DNA from: Abditibacteriaceae bacterium
Lineage (GTDB): Bacteria; Armatimonadota; Abditibacteriia; Abditibacteriales; Abditibacteriaceae
NCBI GenBank assembly: GCA_965277285.1
Contig: OZ255721.1
Span: 928,001-992,000, forward strand
Length of the DNA stretch: 64,000 bases
Reading direction: 5' to 3'
Shown: positions 58,678 to 64,000 of the stretch, piece by piece
Layout: each line of letters begins with the position of its first letter
Numbering within the stretch: position 1 is the stretch's first letter
Program-made: the position numbers and the translations under genes
Notes under the pieces: model-generated
What the model was told of the DNA's origin: nothing
What the model saw: only the letters and a program-made list of their open reading frames with translations
Database searches by the model: none

Positions 58678-60852
58678 TTACGATTCGGGTTCGCTGATTT
58701 TCTCAATCTTCGCGGCGCAGACTTTGAATTCCGGCATTCGAGAAATCGGGTCGAGCGCGGGATTGGTCAAAAGATTAGCGCTGCCTTCGCCGCCCCAGTG
58801 GAAGGGCGCGAACAGCGTGTCCATGCGCAAAGTCGGGGTGAACTTGGCGGCCAAAAGCGCCTCGCCTCGCCGCGTTGAAACGCGCACCGTTTCGCCATCT
58901 TTGATGTTCCACTTGGCCGCCATCGCGGGATGGATTTCCACGAACGAACGCGGTTGCGCTTCGGCCAAATCGGTGACGCGACGCGTTTGCGCGCCCGATT
59001 GATAATGTCCCATCACGCGCCCTGTCGTCAGAAAGAAAGGGTAATCTTCGTCCGGTTCTTCAGCCGCAGGCCGATAATCCACGGCATGAAAGCGCGCGCG
59101 GCCATCACTGGTCGGAAACGAGTACTCGAAAGGTCGCGGCGTGCCCGCATCGTCGTCGTTTTTAACATCGGAACACGGCCAGAAAACGCCGTCCTGCGCC
59201 TCGATTTTTTCGTAGGAAATGCCCGAGTAATCGGCGATGCCGCCGCGACTGGCCGCGCGCAACTCTTCAAAGATTTCGCGCGCTTCCCCCGTCGGGAACT
59301 TATCGCCATGACCCAAACGTTCCGCAATCGCTGACAGCATTTGCGTGTCCGTCCAGACGCCAAGTGGCGCTTCCTGCGCGCGTTTGCGCCACAAAACGCG
59401 GCCTTCCAGGTTCGTCATGGTGCCTTCTTCTTCGGCCCACTGCGCGCTGGGCAAAACGACATCGGCGAAGCGCGCCGTTTCCGACAAGAACAAATCGGAG
59501 ACAACCAGAAAATCCAAATCGCCCAGGCCACGCTTAATAACATTCGCGTTCGGCGCCGAAACCGCGATATTGGAAGCCATCACTAACAAAGCGCGAATGC
59601 CACCTTCACGTCCCATCGCGCTCAACATTTCATAAGCCGATTTTCCGGCGCGCGGAATCGAACTTTCTTCAACGCCCCAGACTTGCGCCATGTGTTCGCG
59701 CGCCGCGGGATCGTTGATGCTGCGATAACCAGGCAATTGATCGCATTTCTGGCCGTGTTCGCGTCCACCCTGCCCGTTTCCCTGTCCTGTCAGACAACCG
59801 TAACCGCTGCCGCGCGGCCCGACTTTGCCCAGCGCCAGCATCAAGTTGATGAACGCCAACACCGTGTCGACACCTTTGCTTTGCTGCTCGGGGCCGCGCG
59901 CCGTCAGCGTCATCGCGGTTTTGGCGCGACCCAGCAAATGCGCGGCTTGCGTCAATTTGCTGATCGGCACGCCGGTGACTTGCTCGACATATTCCGGCCA
60001 ATAGTTGGCGATGGTGCGCCTGACATCACGAAAGCCATTGGTGCGCGCGGCGATAAATGCGTGATCGAGCAAGCGGTCGCGCGCCGCGATATGCAGCAAT
60101 CCCAGAGCGAGAATTAAGTCGGTGCCGGGCGCGATTTGCAAGTGCAATGTCGCGCTTTCCGAAGTTGGCGTGCTGCGCGGATCGACCACGATCAGGCTGC
60201 CGCCACGCCGTTTTTGTTCATCGAAATACTGCATCACCGGCGGCATCGTTTCGCCCGGATTGGCGCCGACCAGCAGAATCGTTTCCGCTAAGGGAATGTC
60301 TTCGAGAGGAAACGGCAAGCCTCTGTCCATGCCAAAAGCGCGATTGTTGGCGGCTGCCGCGCTCGACATGCAAAAGCGCCCATTGTAATCAATGCTCGCG
60401 GTTTGCAAAGCGACGCGCGCGAACTTGCCCAGCCAATACGCTTTCTCGTTGGTCAGGCCGCCGCCGCCGAAAACGCCGACCGCGTCGCGCCCATATTTTC
60501 CCTGAACTTCGCCGAAACCGCGCGCGATGCGGTCGAGCGCTTCATCCCACGAAGCCGGGCGCAAAGGGCCGCCCTTGCGCTCGCGGATGAGCGGCGTGGT
60601 CAAGCGTTCGCGGTGCGTCAGCAGCTTGGTCGATGTCCAGCCTTTGCGACACAAGCCGCCTTTATTGGTCGGAAATTCGCGCGGCGTCACGGCGAGGTGA
60701 GTTTCGAGTACTCGATCACCGTGTCCGTTGGCGATTTCGACAGATTCCGGCACCAAAGTCATGCCGCATTGCAAGGCGCAATACGGACAATGCGTGTCGG
60801 TGCTTTGCACGACCGAAGTCGCGTCGGGGTTTAAGAAATTGAGAGTCGTCAT
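58678..60852 (-). CDS. Assimilatory nitrate reductase catalytic subunit (molybdopterin oxidoreductase)
   Basis: HCPYCALQCG...LCRKG, NGRFCMSSA, GQGNGQGGRE, DPISRMPEFK. Confidence 0.9.
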   Translation of the reverse strand: MTTLNFLNPDATSVVQSTDTHCPYCALQCGMTLVPESVEIANGHGDRVLETHLAVTPREFPTNKGGLCRKGWTSTKLLTHRERLTTPLIRERKGGPLRPASWDEALDRIARGFGEVQGKYGRDAVGVFGGGGLTNEKAYWLGKFARVALQTASIDYNGRFCMSSAAAANNRAFGMDRGLPFPLEDIPLAETILLVGANPGETMPPVMQYFDEQKRRGGSLIVVDPRSTPTSESATLHLQIAPGTDLILALGLLHIAARDRLLDHAFIAARTNGFRDVRRTIANYWPEYVEQVTGVPISKLTQAAHLLGRAKTAMTLTARGPEQQSKGVDTVLAFINLMLALGKVGPRGSGYGCLTGQGNGQGGREHGQKCDQLPGYRSINDPAAREHMAQVWGVEESSIPRAGKSAYEMLSAMGREGGIRALLVMASNIAVSAPNANVIKRGLGDLDFLVVSDLFLSETARFADVVLPSAQWAEEEGTMTNLEGRVLWRKRAQEAPLGVWTDTQMLSAIAERLGHGDKFPTGEAREIFEELRAASRGGIADYSGISYEKIEAQDGVFWPCSDVKNDDDAGTPRPFEYSFPTSDGRARFHAVDYRPAAEEPDEDYPFFLTTGRVMGHYQSGAQTRRVTDLAEAQPRSFVEIHPAMAAKWNIKDGETVRVSTRRGEALLAAKFTPTLRMDTLFAPFHWGGEGSANLLTNPALDPISRMPEFKVCAAKIEKISEPES

Positions 60853-60903
60853 AGAAGTTTTATGTGCGGGCGAGGCATGCCTCGCCCGCACGAACAATGG
60901 ACA

Positions 60904-62130
60904 TCAATCAGCCGCAACAGCGAGAGCACGTCCGCCAGCGCCCAGCCATCCGGCGCGATTCCACAAAGGATGCAGCACGACTACCAAAGCGATACAGAAC
61001 GCCGCGCCCAAAGCAAAGCCAGTCAAGCCGGTGCCGAAACTTCCCATCGTTTGTTTGAAGTAGCCCAGTGCGAAAGGCAATGCGAAACCTCCCAAGCCAC
61101 CCGCTGCGCCGACGATACCAGTCACGACACCGATGTGGCGTGGGAAGCGCTGCGGCACTAGTTGGAAAACCGCGCCATTACCCAGGCCGAGCGATGCCAT
61201 CAAGACGAAGAGCAAGGGGATTTCGATGGACAAGGGGAACAAGCGCGCAGACGCGAAAGCCAGCAGGCCAATGACGCAATAAAGACCGATCAGCATGCGC
61301 ACGCCGCCAAAGCGGTCAGCTAAATAACCACCTATGGGGCGCACGAAACTTCCAGCGAAAATGCATATCGCGGCATAATTTCCGGCCAGGATTTTGGGTA
61401 CGCCATATTGGTCATGGTAAAACGTCGGCATGAAGCTCGCCAAGCCAATAAAGCCGCCAAACGTGATGCTGTAGAACAAGCTGAACCACAATGTATCCGG
61501 CTCGCGCAAAATGCTCAGATAGTCGCTCAAGCCTTTTGGCGCGGGACGATTCGGGCTTTCTTTGGCCAGCAATGCCACGATCAGCCACGTTATGGCAATG
61601 GGGATAATCGCCACAGCGAAGACGCTGTGCCAGTTGCCGCCGAAATGTTTCGCAATGCGCAGCGCAAACAACGCCGTCAAAACCGTGCCGCCATTGCCCG
61701 CACCGACGATTCCCATCGCCAAACCCTGATGCTCCGGCGGAAACCAGCGCGAAGCCATCGGCAGCGCGACCGCGAAACTTGCGCCAGCGACGCCCAACAA
61801 CAGCGCGACGACTTGCAATTCACCCAGCGAACGCGCGCCCAGCCAGCCCCACAGCAACGGAACGAAGGTCAATGTCAAGCCGATCATGGTGGTTTTCTTG
61901 GCACCGATGCGATCGGTCAGCGCCCCGAAAACCAGGCGCAAAAACGCGCCGCCGAGGATCGGCAAGGCGACCAAAAGTCCTTTTTGCGCCGGACTGAGAT
62001 GAAAATCTTCGGCGATAGTAACGCCCAGAGACGACAGCAATGCCCAGATCATGGAACTGATGCCGAAGTACATAAACGCACTAAACAGCGTCGGCATGTG
62101 CCCGCTCTTCTTAAAACTCGACATTTGCAT
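60904..62130 (-). CDS. NarK/NasA family nitrate transporter
   Basis: GASFAVALP, GAGN.G, FYSITFGGF, GNGAVFQLVP. Confidence 0.9.
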   Translation of the reverse strand: MQMSSFKKSGHMPTLFSAFMYFGISSMIWALLSSLGVTIAEDFHLSPAQKGLLVALPILGGAFLRLVFGALTDRIGAKKTTMIGLTLTFVPLLWGWLGARSLGELQVVALLLGVAGASFAVALPMASRWFPPEHQGLAMGIVGAGNGGTVLTALFALRIAKHFGGNWHSVFAVAIIPIAITWLIVALLAKESPNRPAPKGLSDYLSILREPDTLWFSLFYSITFGGFIGLASFMPTFYHDQYGVPKILAGNYAAICIFAGSFVRPIGGYLADRFGGVRMLIGLYCVIGLLAFASARLFPLSIEIPLLFVLMASLGLGNGAVFQLVPQRFPRHIGVVTGIVGAAGGLGGFALPFALGYFKQTMGSFGTGLTGFALGAAFCIALVVVLHPLWNRAGWLGAGGRALAVAAD

Positions 62131-62467
62131 TTGACAATTCCTTTTTCGAGTACTCGAATGTACTCCCGATAGTTATGAAACGTGACTTTAGCCTTATAGA
62201 TAAAGGGCTTCGCGCGCACTTCGCCCTTTTCTGCGGCCACATTCTTAAAGTAACAGCGCCAGGTTTCGTTGTCCCGCCGCTGCACGTTTACTTTGCGTGA
62301 AAATTGCGTTTCCGCTTTGTTACACAAGACATTTTTCTTGTCCCGCACAAACGCAAAAAAGACGCAGCAACCACGCTGCGCCCTCAAACGAACCAGACCC
62401 CGAACGTGAGTGAGGGACTAACTTAACTGAGGCGGTAGCCCCTCACTCACGTTCAGGGTTCTGGAAG

Positions 62468-63241
62468 TCACTTCACAACAAATTTCAACTTGCGGAACAC
62501 AGCTTTGGCTTGGGCGCCCGTCAGAAAAAGAACGAAATTTTTGGCGGCGACAGGGTTTTCAGTGTCGCGCACCACGGCGGCAGGATAACGAATCGGGCTG
62601 TGAAACGTTTCCGGCGCGACGGCGACGACGCGCACTTGGTTGGAAATCGCGGCATCGCTTCCGTAAACGATGCCCGCTTCGACGTTGCCCAATGCGACTT
62701 GGGCCAGCACTTCGCGCACGTCTTTGCCTTGCACAGCCTTGGGAAAAACCTGATTCCACACGCCGATTTTGGTCAACACTTGCTGCGCATATTTTCCGGC
62801 GGGAACCGAAGACGGCGCACCAATAGCGACGTGCGCAACGCTCGGGCGCGCCAGATCGCGGAAGCTGCGAATCGCATTGGCGCCGTTTCGAGTACTCGAT
62901 TGCGGAACGATCAGCACCAAACGATTGCCCGCGATCTCGCGCCGCGTCGTTGCATCAATCAGGTTTTGCGACGCCAGATCGTTCATGTTTTTGTCGGACG
63001 CCGCGATGAAAACATCGACCGGCGCGCCTTGCTCGATTTGACTTTGCAAGGTTCCCGACGCGCCAAAGTTGAAATGCAGCGCGACGTTTGGCTGCGCTCG
63101 ACCGTAATCGCGTGCGATTTGCGTCAGCGCATCTTTCAAGCTGGCTGCCGCCGAAACCGTGAGTTCGACCTTTTGCGCGTGCGCCGCTATTATCGAAAAA
63201 CCTAACAAGCACAAGGCCAAAAGCGAGGTTCTAATTTTCAT
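62468..63241 (-). CDS. modA: Molybdate ABC transporter substrate-binding protein
   Basis: SAAASL, FGASG.L, VPAGKYA, VYGSDA. Confidence 0.93.
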   Translation of the reverse strand: MKIRTSLLALCLLGFSIIAAHAQKVELTVSAAASLKDALTQIARDYGRAQPNVALHFNFGASGTLQSQIEQGAPVDVFIAASDKNMNDLASQNLIDATTRREIAGNRLVLIVPQSSTRNGANAIRSFRDLARPSVAHVAIGAPSSVPAGKYAQQVLTKIGVWNQVFPKAVQGKDVREVLAQVALGNVEAGIVYGSDAAISNQVRVVAVAPETFHSPIRYPAAVVRDTENPVAAKNFVLFLTGAQAKAVFRKLKFVVK

Positions 63242-63257
63242 AATCGAGTAATCCATA

Positions 63258-63947
63258 TTAAATTTGGCGACGTTTTGAACAACGCAGCCACACGTTCAAG
63301 CCTACTACAAACAACACGTTGAAAATTGTCACGACCAGAGCATAAAATCCCGCGGTGCGAAAATCGCGGTTTTCTGCCGCCATATAAATCGCGGTCGGCG
63401 CGGTCACGGTTTTGCCTTCGATGTTGCCCGCCACCATAATCGTCGCGCCGAATTCGCCCAGAGCGCGCGCGAACGACAACACGGCGCCCGCCGCCAAACC
63501 CGTCCAAGAAAGCGGCAACGAAACTGTCCAGAACACGTGCGTCTTCGATGCGCCCAAGGAACGCGCCGCATCCAACAAATGCGTGTCAGTATTGAGAAAA
63601 GCCGCTTTCGCGCTTTGATACATCAAGGGAAAGGCGACGACCGACGAGGCTAAAACCGCCGCGAAAGGCGTGAAAATCAAGCGCCACTTGAACGTTTGGT
63701 AAAGCCATGCGCCGACGATTCCGTAACGTCCCAGCAGAACTAATAGAACGTAACCTGTCACAACTGGCGGCAAAACCAGCGGCAGCAAGAAAATCGCGTC
63801 GAGAAGATCGCGTCCCCAAAAGCGCGAGCGCGCCGTCCAGTGCGCCGCGAAAGTTCCCAGCCAGAACGTCAACGCCAACGCCGCGCCCGCCACTTTGAAC
63901 GACAAAACGAGCGGCTGCCAATCGAAAGTTTGCAACGAAAAATTCAC
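63258..63947 (-). CDS. modB: Molybdate ABC transporter permease
   Basis: LPLVLPPVVTGY, ARSLGA, FARALGEFGAT. Confidence 0.93.
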   Translation of the reverse strand: MNFSLQTFDWQPLVLSFKVAGAALALTFWLGTFAAHWTARSRFWGRDLLDAIFLLPLVLPPVVTGYVLLVLLGRYGIVGAWLYQTFKWRLIFTPFAAVLASSVVAFPLMYQSAKAAFLNTDTHLLDAARSLGASKTHVFWTVSLPLSWTGLAAGAVLSFARALGEFGATIMVAGNIEGKTVTAPTAIYMAAENRDFRTAGFYALVVTIFNVLFVVGLNVWLRCSKRRQI

Positions 63948-64000
63948 TCCGCGATGTCATCCAACAAACTTCGCGCAGTGTAGCAAAGCCACCCGAAAAC

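Overview
Bacterial chromosomal window with roughly 55% GC. Gene style suggests Abditibacteriota/Armatimonadota, but that is only an inference. Most of it is housekeeping: comEA, ppk2, cysC, an ATP-dependent ligase, pyrR-pyrB-pyrC-carA, mntR-mntH, accB, hom, thrC, purC, tilS-ftsH, folPBK, panD, and nitrate assimilation/molybdate genes. Four things stand out. (1) A minus-strand RNA-stress operon at about 49.3-54.3 kb: sigma70 promoter, leader ORF with attenuator, 12 partly atypical tRNA genes, eight Y-RNA-like modules, Ro60/TROVE (rsr), and a cyclic-phosphate-type receiver protein. Five of the Y modules are circularly permuted, and three of those are grafted into the anticodon arm of tRNA cloverleafs. 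(2) A 12-bp palindrome, TCGAGTACTCGA, occurs about 55 times (manual count) inside and between genes, like a HIP1-type element. (3) A BlaI/BlaR1-type locus in which the M56 protease is separated from two paralogous sensor-type C-terminal modules. (4) An HSP90-like ATPase coupled to three tandem helical-repeat paralogs. There are also several REP-like repeat families, an IS5 element interrupting a gene, and a duplicated pyrC 5' end flanking an inserted gene. All calls were made by eye, with no database searches.
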